A DNA stretch of 50,741 nucleotides from Acidobacteriota bacterium (GTDB lineage Bacteria > Acidobacteriota > Thermoanaerobaculia > UBA2201): the NCBI GenBank assembly GCA_037441225.1, contig JBBISU010000020.1:1-50741 (forward strand). Direction: 5' to 3'. Shown in pieces: positions 25,981-34,438 of the stretch. The position numbers were made by a program, and so were the translations under genes. Under the pieces are notes generated by a model. The model did not search any database. It saw only the letters and a program-made list of their open reading frames with translations, and had not been told where the DNA came from. The stretch's first letter is position 1; every line of letters begins with the position of its first letter.

Positions 25981-26771
25981 CACTTTTTTTTATAATTTTT
26001 TTATTTTCAATTTTTAATTATTTTATAAATAAAAATTTTTGGTCTTTAACTTACATTAAAACTTTTTTAATTTTTTATTTTTTATTTATTTTTATATTTT
26101 TACTTTCATCAATCTTAAAGTATTTGAAAAGAGAAAGAATAGCAGGACTTTTTAACCTTTCCATCTTTTTCTTTTCTTCTTTTATTTTTCTTTCTCTATC
26201 CTATTATAACAAAATTGAATTAAGCATTGGAGAAGGTGAAGGTTCTTATAACTTAGAAAAAAATGAAGGGGGGTTTCTTTCGAAAGGAAAAAATTATGAT
26301 TTAAATTTAAAAGAAATTAATGAAAAATCAATAAAGATTTTTTTTGAAAAAAAAGAATTTAATTTAAAAGAAAAGGAAGGAATTTATTTTAAAGATAAAT
26401 ATATTAAATTGAAAGGAATTTTTAAAAGTATTGAGATAAATGTATTTCAAGAAGGGGGATATAGCGAAGGAGTTTTTTTTAAATTAAAAGATGAAGAAAA
26501 CTCTTACTTTCCTTTATCAACCTTGCCATATAGAATTTATATTAAAAATATAAAAGATTTTTATAAGATAAAAATATATAGGAATAAAACTCAAGTTTTA
26601 GAAAAAGAAATTAAATTAGGTGAAATTTTTCCTTTTGATTTTTTAAACCTTAAATTAAATGAAGGTCCCCTTTGGGCTTTGTTAGAGGTAAAAAATTATT
26701 TTTCTTTTTTTTATTTTTTAATACCTTTGATATTTTTTATCCTTTCTTTTTATGATAAACTAAAAAAATGA
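25962..26771 (+). CDS. Polytopic membrane protein, possibly a shortened and degenerate Ccs1/ResB-like protein
   Basis: N-terminal TM helices, a soluble loop starting with SIGEGEG (compare VGEGEE in the 386-aa ResB-like protein) and a C-terminal TM helix. It lacks the TM His seen in both ResB-like proteins (HFSF). Confidence 0.35.
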   Translation: MVSIKLALFFIIFLFSIFNYFINKNFWSLTYIKTFLIFYFLFIFIFLLSSILKYLKRERIAGLFNLSIFFFSSFIFLSLSYYNKIELSIGEGEGSYNLEKNEGGFLSKGKNYDLNLKEINEKSIKIFFEKKEFNLKEKEGIYFKDKYIKLKGIFKSIEINVFQEGGYSEGVFFKLKDEENSYFPLSTLPYRIYIKNIKDFYKIKIYRNKTQVLEKEIKLGEIFPFDFLNLKLNEGPLWALLEVKNYFSFFYFLIPLIFFILSFYDKLKK

Positions 26772-27277
26772 AAGATTTAATTTTAATAATTTTAATTTCA
26801 ACAATTTTATTTTTTACCCTTGCAATAATTGAGGACTGGCAAAACTTTAAATTCCTTTTTTTTAAGCAAGAAATAAAAAAATTGGAATTTTCAGATGAAA
26901 TTTTAAAAACAATAGATAAATACAATACATTATTAGAGCATATATACAGATTTGAAGGTGATGAAAGGTTCCTCCAGCGCCTTCCTGCAAGTGATTTTTT
27001 AAAAGAAGAAACCTTAGAAGATTTATACTATTTAAATTCTTACCAAATAATACAGGAAATTAAATTAAAAAAGATAGAGATTTTAAAGAAAAATTTATTA
27101 AATGAAAACCAGGCAATTGTATCAACCTTAGAAGAATGGGAAATTTTTTATAAAGATAAAACTGGCCATCCCCTTCAAAAAAAGCCAATGATTTTTTCTT
27201 TAAACAATGATTATTATTTAAGGAAAGGGATTTCAGGATGGCTTATAGAAAAAATTGAAATTCCTGATGAAATTTAA
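26768..27277 (+). CDS. Membrane-anchored protein of unknown function (paralogue of 25486-25980)
   Basis: Same architecture and collinear conserved positions as the 164-aa protein. It overlaps both neighbouring genes. Confidence 0.55.
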   Translation: MKDLILIILISTILFFTLAIIEDWQNFKFLFFKQEIKKLEFSDEILKTIDKYNTLLEHIYRFEGDERFLQRLPASDFLKEETLEDLYYLNSYQIIQEIKLKKIEILKKNLLNENQAIVSTLEEWEIFYKDKTGHPLQKKPMIFSLNNDYYLRKGISGWLIEKIEIPDEI

Positions 27278-28508
27278 AAAAATATTTTTTTCTTTAAAAT
27301 TTTCTGCTATCTTAATTTTTCTTTTGGTTTTTTTTCTTTTTTTAAATGTCTTTTTGCCTCAAGAAAGAGTCCTTGGAAAAGAAAAAATCAAAGAAATTGT
27401 AGGAGAAAATAGCTTCTTAAAATTCTTTTTTTACAAACTAAATTTTAAAGATATAACCTCATCGCCATTATTTTTTCTTATTTTATTACTCTTTTATCTA
27501 CAGCTAATTTTTTTTATTTTCAGATATTTTAAGTTAACATTAAAAAGGATAAAAATTAAAGAACCAAATTTTAAAAATTGGAAATCTTTAAAAATAAAAG
27601 GAGAGATAGAAGAAATAAAGAATTTTTTAAAAGAAAAGAGCTGGAAAGAATTTCAAATAAAAGAAAATAAATTATATTATGTTATAAATGAACTTTCCCC
27701 TTTAGGGTTTTTATTTTTTCATTTTTCTTTCCTCTTATATTTGTTGAGTGGATTTTTGTTATATTATACAAGATCTGAAAAGGAATTCTTTTTAGCTTTG
27801 AATCAGACAGTTTCACTGGAAGATGAAAGCTGGGTTTTGCAAAAGAGAAAACCAAAGATAAAAGAAAGTTTAAAAAACCTTAAAGTTTATTTAAAAAATG
27901 TAAATTTAAATCTATATAAGGAAGAACCTCTTTTATTTAAAACAGAAATAGTTTTATGGCATAATAACAAAATGATTAATGGAAATGCTGAAATAAATAA
28001 ACCTTTTAAGTATAAAACTTTAAAAGTTTATCCAGTTTTTCAAGATGATGCTTTTTTAATTCAAGTGGAAGATAAAGAGGGCTATATAATTGAAAAACCA
28101 ATTATTTTTTCTAATTGTTCAAAAAAAATTGGCAGTGCCTATAGAATTTTGGATAAAATAGAAGGAGAAATTGGATGTGAAAAAGTGCCTTATTTAAATT
28201 TATCTTACAATGGAAAAAAAGAAAAACTCCAGATGATAGAAGGAAGGGAAATAAATTTTGGTGACATAAGAGTAAAAATAATAAAAAAAGTTCCTTGGGT
28301 AAAATTTAGGGCAATAAATGAGTCAGGTTCCTTTCCATTATTTCTTGGTTTTATTTTAAGTATTTTAGGTCTCATCTTTAGATTTCTTTTCCCAAATAGA
28401 GAAATTGTTATATCAAATTCTTTAATTTACTATAAAGCAGATTATTTCCCTTCTTCTTTGAAAGAATTAATTGAAAAATTTTGTGAGGTGAAAAATGGAG
28501 CTGGTTGA
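27255..28508 (+). CDS. resB: Cytochrome c biogenesis System II protein Ccs1/ResB (copy 1)
   Basis: ResB-like N-terminus (FSLKFSAILIFLLVFFLFLNVFLPQ), a TM helix with His (FFHFSFLLYLLSG), a large soluble loop and a C-terminal TM helix. It directly precedes ccsA. Confidence 0.7.
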   Translation: MKFLMKFKKIFFSLKFSAILIFLLVFFLFLNVFLPQERVLGKEKIKEIVGENSFLKFFFYKLNFKDITSSPLFFLILLLFYLQLIFFIFRYFKLTLKRIKIKEPNFKNWKSLKIKGEIEEIKNFLKEKSWKEFQIKENKLYYVINELSPLGFLFFHFSFLLYLLSGFLLYYTRSEKEFFLALNQTVSLEDESWVLQKRKPKIKESLKNLKVYLKNVNLNLYKEEPLLFKTEIVLWHNNKMINGNAEINKPFKYKTLKVYPVFQDDAFLIQVEDKEGYIIEKPIIFSNCSKKIGSAYRILDKIEGEIGCEKVPYLNLSYNGKKEKLQMIEGREINFGDIRVKIIKKVPWVKFRAINESGSFPLFLGFILSILGLIFRFLFPNREIVISNSLIYYKADYFPSSLKELIEKFCEVKNGAG

Positions 28509-29277
28509 AGTTTTATCTTTTTATATTTCCCTTTTTCTTTATTTATTTTCAAATATTTATGGTTATTTTAATTATTTTTTTAAAAAAGATTTTAATTTTA
28601 AGAGAATTTATAAAATTACTCTTTTAGCATTCTTTTTTCATTTCTTTACAATAATTTTTAGAACAATCCTTACAAAACATATACCAGTAATAGGAAACTA
28701 TGAAAATATTTTAATGGGTTCTTTCTTTCTTGTAATATTGATTTTCTTTTTCTTTAGGAAAGAAAAATGGTTTTTGCCTTTTCTTTTTAGCTTATCTTTA
28801 AATATTATATTATTAGGTATGGCAATCTTTGCAGATCCTGAAAAAAAACCCTTATTTGCTGCTTTAAAATCCTTCTGGCTTTATATCCATATCCTCTTTG
28901 CCTGGTTTGCTTATGGTTCATTTACAGTAGCAGCAGGGGTAAGTATTACTTATCTTATAAAAAAGGAAGAGTCCTTAGAAGAGTTAATTTTTAAATTAAC
29001 TGCATTTGGGCTTGTGACAGATGCTTTAATGATAATTGCTGGTTCAATTTGGGCAAAGGATTTATGGGGTTCTTATTGGTCCTGGGATCCTGTTGAAACC
29101 TGGTCATTGCTTTCCTTTTTATTATATGGCTTAATATTACACCTTAAAATTACTTTGAAAATAAAAAGAAAAACCTTTGCTTATTTGATTATCTTTTCCC
29201 TCATAACAGTTTTAATTTCTTTTTGGGGTGTAAACTTTTTTATGGAAAAAAGTTTGCATATTTTTAATGTAGGTTAA
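28495..29277 (+). CDS. ccsA: Cytochrome c assembly protein CcsA/ResC (canonical WWD haem-handling motif)
   Basis: Trp-rich motif WAKDLWGSYWSWDPVETWS at 29050-29103, with flanking conserved His residues. Confidence 0.9.
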   Translation: MELVEVLSFYISLFLYLFSNIYGYFNYFFKKDFNFKRIYKITLLAFFFHFFTIIFRTILTKHIPVIGNYENILMGSFFLVILIFFFFRKEKWFLPFLFSLSLNIILLGMAIFADPEKKPLFAALKSFWLYIHILFAWFAYGSFTVAAGVSITYLIKKEESLEELIFKLTAFGLVTDALMIIAGSIWAKDLWGSYWSWDPVETWSLLSFLLYGLILHLKITLKIKRKTFAYLIIFSLITVLISFWGVNFFMEKSLHIFNVG

Positions 29278-29278
29278 A

Positions 29279-30439
29279 ATGTTAAATAGAATTTATAATT
29301 TTATTTCTTCCTTTAAATTATCAATATTTTTAACTATATCCTGTGCCCTTTATTACATTTTTTTATCAATCTGGTCCTTAAAATCACCTTCCATTGTAAT
29401 TCAAAATATATCTAAAATGCTTCCCTTTAAACTGGTATATACTTTTTTACTTATAAATACATTTTTTTGTTTAACTAAAAGGCTTCCAGAACTTTTAAAA
29501 AGCACATCAAAAAATTTAATTTATTTGCCTGAAAACTATGACTGGATTAAGGAAAGAAGAGATGGTAAGATAAAAGAAGGTTTTAAGGTTAAAAAAAGAT
29601 TTTCATCCCTTGGAACAATTTTTTTGCATTTTTCTTTCTTTTTTCTGGCATTGGGATTTTATTTATCCAATCAATCCCACACAACAGGAAAATTTTTAGT
29701 AGGAGAAGGAGAAGAGCTCCTTGTAAATAATGATGAAATAGAAAAGGTTTCACAGCCAAAGCCATTATTTAATGAGTTTCCAGATTTTAAAATAAAATTA
29801 AATAAAATAATTTATAAATTTTGGGGTGAAAAACTCTTATTTAGAGAACTTGAAGGAAAAGGAAAAATAGATGGAAAGGATTTTTCAATAAAGATAAATA
29901 AAATATATCCCTTAAATTTATATAATTTTATAAGAATAACTTCTTTTGGCTATGCTCCATCATACTTACTTTTAATAGAAAATTATCCAAAACCCTTAGA
30001 AGAAGGAGTCATAAAAATTTTTCTTTTTCCTCCTGGTACAAAAAGCTTTTTTAAAACAAAACACTTCCCCCATAAAATTTATTTATCCTTATATCCTGAC
30101 TTTTATGAAGAAAATGGGATTTTCAAAAGCAAATCAATGGAGCCAAAAAATCCAAAAATTTTAATTCAAGTTTATAGAAATAAGGTATTTTTGATGGAAA
30201 AATTAATAAATTTAGGGGATTTAATAAAAATAGAAGAATTTTCAATTGACTTTTTAAATTTATTTCCAATAATAGAAGTGGAAATTGTTCAAGACAAAGG
30301 ATTTTTAATAATATTATTTTCTTTTCTTTTAATTTTAGCTGGCTTACTTTTAAGGTTTTCAGGTAAAAGGGGAGAGATATTGATAAGAAAGGAAGATGGG
30401 GTATATAAAATTTATGGAAAAAATGTAAGGGAGTTTTAA
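29279..30439 (+). CDS. resB: Cytochrome c biogenesis System II protein Ccs1/ResB (copy 2)
   Basis: ResB-like N-terminus (FKLSIFLTISCALYYIFLSIW), a TM His (IFLHFSFFFLALG), a soluble loop and a C-terminal TM helix. It directly precedes the second ccsA-like gene. Confidence 0.65.
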   Translation: MLNRIYNFISSFKLSIFLTISCALYYIFLSIWSLKSPSIVIQNISKMLPFKLVYTFLLINTFFCLTKRLPELLKSTSKNLIYLPENYDWIKERRDGKIKEGFKVKKRFSSLGTIFLHFSFFFLALGFYLSNQSHTTGKFLVGEGEELLVNNDEIEKVSQPKPLFNEFPDFKIKLNKIIYKFWGEKLLFRELEGKGKIDGKDFSIKINKIYPLNLYNFIRITSFGYAPSYLLLIENYPKPLEEGVIKIFLFPPGTKSFFKTKHFPHKIYLSLYPDFYEENGIFKSKSMEPKNPKILIQVYRNKVFLMEKLINLGDLIKIEEFSIDFLNLFPIIEVEIVQDKGFLIILFSFLLILAGLLLRFSGKRGEILIRKEDGVYKIYGKNVREF

Positions 30440-31228
30440 ATGCCTGAATCAAAAATATTTTTATATTTTAGAATTTTTTCTATTTTTTTAAACATCTTTT
30501 CAATATTCTTATTTTTTACAATTAAAGATATAAAAAAGAAAAATCTAATAGGACTCCTAAACTGGCTTTTTTTAATTTTTTTATGGTTTGGGCGACTTTT
30601 TACATCCAAACATTTTCCTTTTTTTGGTGCTTATGAATCCTCTTTAACAATCCTTTTTTTTACAGGAATAATTTTGCTATATTTTAACTTAAAAGAAAAA
30701 CTTCCTTCCTTTTATTTTTACCCCTTCCTATCTTTAGCATTTTTAATCCATTCAGTTTTTTATTCTAAAAATATATGGGCTATGACAATTTCTGAAAAAA
30801 GCATAATAGTATATATACATTTAATTTTTGCTTATCTTTCTTTTGGTTTGAATTTTTTAATCTTTTCATTTTCAATTTTAAAATTAAATAAAAAAGAAAT
30901 AAATTTTTCAATTATAAATAATTTATTAGTTTTTTATTTTTTTTACACTTCAATGCTAATTTTTGGTTTTTTTTATAGATTCTTGCTTTTTGGAAAAGTT
31001 GTTTCTTTTGATCCTGTTGAAACAATACATCTTTCAATGTTTTTGATTTATACAACATTAATTCATATCTCTTATTTTAAAAAGTGGAATGAAGAAAGAA
31101 TAGCAAAATATCAAATCTTTTGTTTTATTTTGTTTTTAATTTCCTATAGAATAATCCTATTTTTCCCTCCAGAGGCAACATATCATATAATAGACATAGA
31201 ATTAAGGATGCATATAATCCCAAAATAA
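30440..31228 (+). CDS. Divergent CcsA-like protein lacking all Trp residues of the WWD motif
   Basis: Same length and TM layout as CcsA, with DPVET conserved. The motif reads YRFLLFGKVVSFDPVETIHL (30974-31033) against WAKDLWGSYWSWDPVETWSL. The flanking His residues are retained (KHFP, YIHLIF, LIHISY). Confidence 0.7.
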   Translation: MPESKIFLYFRIFSIFLNIFSIFLFFTIKDIKKKNLIGLLNWLFLIFLWFGRLFTSKHFPFFGAYESSLTILFFTGIILLYFNLKEKLPSFYFYPFLSLAFLIHSVFYSKNIWAMTISEKSIIVYIHLIFAYLSFGLNFLIFSFSILKLNKKEINFSIINNLLVFYFFYTSMLIFGFFYRFLLFGKVVSFDPVETIHLSMFLIYTTLIHISYFKKWNEERIAKYQIFCFILFLISYRIILFFPPEATYHIIDIELRMHIIPK

Positions 31229-31249
31229 TAGAGTGTTATAATTAAGGGT

Positions 31250-31630
31250 ATGAAGAATTTTTTAAAAATGCTTTTAGTTTTAAATAATTATTCCCATGAT
31301 TTTGCAGCTGCTTTTTTTCTTTCAAGTGCTCTTATCTTATTTTTATTAAAAAAGGAACTGGCAAATCCAGATATCCCAAAAGAATTAAAAACTAAAATTT
31401 TTAACATTTTATCAAAAATTGGTTTAATTTCTTTTTTCTGGATAATTTTAGCAGGTATTATTAGAACTTATTTTTTTAGAAGCTTTGAATTAAACGAAAG
31501 CATAAAAAAAGGAGAAGTTAATATTTTGATTTTCAAGCACATAATTTTCTTTTTAATTACAATTTTAGGGATTTTTTTATGGAAAAGATTAAGAAAAGAA
31601 ATATATAAAAGCAACTTAAAAGCAAATTAA
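31250..31630 (+). CDS. Small integral membrane protein, unknown function
   Basis: Three or four hydrophobic helices. His residues lie in the first (NNYSHDFAAAFF) and last (FKHIIFFLITIL) helices. No family recognised. Confidence 0.5.
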   Translation: MKNFLKMLLVLNNYSHDFAAAFFLSSALILFLLKKELANPDIPKELKTKIFNILSKIGLISFFWIILAGIIRTYFFRSFELNESIKKGEVNILIFKHIIFFLITILGIFLWKRLRKEIYKSNLKAN

Positions 31631-33009
31631 ATTTTTCTTGGAAGTTCAATTATAACTTTAGTTCCTTTATTTAACTCTGAAAAAATTGAGATTTTTCCAT
31701 TCATTTCTTCAACCTTTCTTTTTACAATTGCAAGGCCTAAACCAGTTCCACCAACTTTTGTTGTAAAAAAAGGTTGAAATATTTTATTTATTTTTTCCTC
31801 ACTTATTCCACAGCCATCATCTATTACTTCAAATCTTATAATATTTTCTTCAATATAAACATTTAAAATAATTTTTCCATTATTTGAAATTGCTTGAAAA
31901 CTATTTTGCAAAACATTTAAGAGGATTTGTTTTAAAATATTTGGATCTAAAAACAAAGTAAAGTTTTCTCCATAGATATTTGTAATAAAGTTTGCATTTT
32001 TTTTCTTTAAAGTTAAACTAAACATAGTATTTAAATCCTTTAAAAAGTCTTCAATACTAAATTCAATTGGATTTGGTGGTTTTGGTTTTGCATAATCTAA
32101 GAGCTGATTTAATATGTTTAGAATCCTTTTTACTTCCTCATAAATCTGGTTTATGATTTCCATTTCTTCACTGTCTTTTTTTAACTCCTTTGACAAAACT
32201 TCTAAGGCAGAACTTATTCCAGCCAAAGGATTTTTTACTTCATGGGCAATACCTGAAGCAATTTCACCAACAAGTGCAAGTTGTTCAGCCCTTTCCATTT
32301 CTTTCTTATGAGCTTCTTCCAGTTCCATCTTTGCTTTTTTTAAACTCAAAACAAGTTCATTAAAGTATGAAATTAAAAGTCCAATTTCATCTTCTCTTTT
32401 TATTTCAACCCTAAAATCCAAATTGCCACTTTTAACTTTTTCCATACCATTGATTAATTTTTTTATTGGCTTTGAAAAAAAGTAATAATTAAAAAAGGAA
32501 ATTATCCCAATGATTAAAATTAAAATAAAAGAAATAAAAATGATTACTTTTACTTTTTTTTGACCCAAAAATTTCATTGATTTATCAATTGAAACTTTTG
32601 CTTCGACAAACCCTAAATAATTATCATTTTTTAAATGGCAATTCTGGCATAAAGCATCATTTTTTAAATGAATTTTTAAACTAATATAACTTCCTTTTCC
32701 ATTTTTTTTGCTTTTATCTTTAACCTTTGAAGTAATTAGGTTTTCTTTTTTGTTATATATATTTATCTGGGAAAAATTGTATTTTTCTATAATTTTTTTT
32801 GCAATTTCATCAATCTTCATTTTATTTGAATTAGCCAGATTTAATTTTATTTCTTCTTTTATCTTTTCCATCAAGTTCTCTTCCATAACTTTTATTGATT
32901 GAAAAAGATCATTATCATAAGAAGCAAAAACCCAATATAAAAGAATGGGGATTGCAAGTAAATGAATGAAAAAAATAGAATAGAGAATTTTAAGTTTAGA
33001 CTTTAGCAT
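31627..33009 (-). CDS. Sensor histidine kinase (TM - periplasmic loop with CXXCH - TM - HAMP - HisKA - HATPase_c)
   Basis: H-box GIAHEVKNPLAGI, N-box LLNVLQNSFQA, G-boxes DDGCGI and GTGLGLAIV. CQNCH lies at 32635-32649 between the two TM helices. Confidence 0.9.
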   Translation of the reverse strand: MLKSKLKILYSIFFIHLLAIPILLYWVFASYDNDLFQSIKVMEENLMEKIKEEIKLNLANSNKMKIDEIAKKIIEKYNFSQINIYNKKENLITSKVKDKSKKNGKGSYISLKIHLKNDALCQNCHLKNDNYLGFVEAKVSIDKSMKFLGQKKVKVIIFISFILILIIGIISFFNYYFFSKPIKKLINGMEKVKSGNLDFRVEIKREDEIGLLISYFNELVLSLKKAKMELEEAHKKEMERAEQLALVGEIASGIAHEVKNPLAGISSALEVLSKELKKDSEEMEIINQIYEEVKRILNILNQLLDYAKPKPPNPIEFSIEDFLKDLNTMFSLTLKKKNANFITNIYGENFTLFLDPNILKQILLNVLQNSFQAISNNGKIILNVYIEENIIRFEVIDDGCGISEEKINKIFQPFFTTKVGGTGLGLAIVKRKVEEMNGKISIFSELNKGTKVIIELPRKI

Positions 33010-34438
33010 AGTTTAAAGTTTGAGGGATCTTAATTTTAAAGTCTGGAAACTTCAAAAATTTTGATTTTAAAAAGGAACTTTTCATAATAAGTTTAAAGGA
33101 TTTCAAAATATATTTTCTCTTAAAATCATCTTCTTTTAAATTTTTAAATTTCCATATATAAAAGTCCTTATAAAGTTTTAATAAAAGATAATCTAAGTCT
33201 TTTAAAGTTAATTTTTTTGGTTTAATTATTGGCTCTATTAAATTATACTTTGAATAATCCCAAATATGAATATTTTCCTTTACTTCATTCCATAAATCAG
33301 AATAAGGCCAGGGGGTGATGCATAAAAAATGGGCAAAGTCTGGATTATAATACTTTGCAAGTTCCAGTGTTTTTTTAATTGAGTTTTTCGTATCTTCTGG
33401 AAAGCCAATTACAAAAGAGGTCTCTGATATAAATCCATATTTTCTTAAGATTTCGAGAGCATCTTTTCCCATTTGAACATTTGTATCCTTTTTAATTAAA
33501 TCAAGGGTTTCTTGATTTCCTGATTCAACTCCCACATAAATATGTATTATACCTGCTTTTTTATAAAGTCCCATTATCTTTTCATCCCTTATAATATCAT
33601 CAACCCTTGTTTCCATTAAAAAATATAAATCATTAAATTTCAAGGAAACAATTCTTTCAAGCAATTCTTTCCATCTATCTAAATCTTTTGTTGGATACTC
33701 ATCGGTAAAAAGTATAACTCTTATATTAAATTCTTTATACAATTTTTTAATTTCTTCTACCACATATTTTGGCTCCCTTCCTCTCCAAATTTTTTCCCAG
33801 AATCTTTGTTGTGAACAAAAAGAGCAATTATGGCTACAACCTCTTGATGAAGATATTGCCCCAAGTTTGCTGTTATTTAAAACAAAATATTTATAATCTT
33901 CCCAATTCAAAATTTCAAATGAAGGTTTATATTCCTCTAAATTTTTTAAAAATTCCCTTGGTTTTGTTTTTTTAATCTTTTCGCCTTCCTTAAAAGCAAT
34001 ACCCTTGACAGAATCTAAATCATCTTTTTTTATTGATTTTAAAAGATTATATAGTGTTTCTTCACCCTCTCCAATAACAATAAAATCAATATCATTGGAA
34101 TTCTCAAGTATTTCTTCATACATAAAACTTGGATGGACACCACCAAGAATAATTTTTATATTTTTATTTATTTTTTTTGCAACTTCAGCTATTTTTAAAT
34201 TTTCATTAATTGTTGCTGTTATGGCAGAAAGCCCAATATAATCTGGTTCCAATTCTTTTATTTTAAGAAAAATGTCATTTAAATTCTTCCTTTTACTCAT
34301 TGAATCAAAAATAAATGGCTTAATATTTGCAGATAAAACAGAACTTGCAAGGTAAGCAAAATTTAGTGGCATCCAGTTTCCAGCAACTTCGACAACTCCA
34401 CAATGATAAGGGGCAGTTATAAATAAAATTTTTTCCAT
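32996..34438 (-). CDS. B12-binding-domain radical SAM protein (class B)
   Basis: N-terminal cobalamin-binding-like Rossmann segment (IILGGVHPS...IVIGEGEET) and the radical SAM cluster motif CSHNCSFC. A 14-nt overlap with the kinase start. Confidence 0.8.
   Translation of the reverse strand: MEKILFITAPYHCGVVEVAGNWMPLNFAYLASSVLSANIKPFIFDSMSKRKNLNDIFLKIKELEPDYIGLSAITATINENLKIAEVAKKINKNIKIILGGVHPSFMYEEILENSNDIDFIVIGEGEETLYNLLKSIKKDDLDSVKGIAFKEGEKIKKTKPREFLKNLEEYKPSFEILNWEDYKYFVLNNSKLGAISSSRGCSHNCSFCSQQRFWEKIWRGREPKYVVEEIKKLYKEFNIRVILFTDEYPTKDLDRWKELLERIVSLKFNDLYFLMETRVDDIIRDEKIMGLYKKAGIIHIYVGVESGNQETLDLIKKDTNVQMGKDALEILRKYGFISETSFVIGFPEDTKNSIKKTLELAKYYNPDFAHFLCITPWPYSDLWNEVKENIHIWDYSKYNLIEPIIKPKKLTLKDLDYLLLKLYKDFYIWKFKNLKEDDFKRKYILKSFKLIMKSSFLKSKFLKFPDFKIKIPQTLNYAKV

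Noticed and set aside
29243-29258. Weaker sigma54-like matches with correct GG-N10-GC spacing: TGGAAAAAAGTTTGCAT before the second resB, and AGGAAAAAAGTTTGCAT at 7561-7577.
   Set aside because: Both lie within coding sequence that encodes the same peptide, EKSLHI. Both lack the conserved C/A of the -24 TGGCA element, so they are most likely chance.
6557-31630. The cytochrome island as a recently acquired mobile genomic island.
   Set aside because: I see no integrase, transposase, flanking tRNA or direct repeats. The flanking regulator is translationally coupled to a housekeeping gene (TAATG at 5217-5221). Most island genes share the host-like AT-rich composition.
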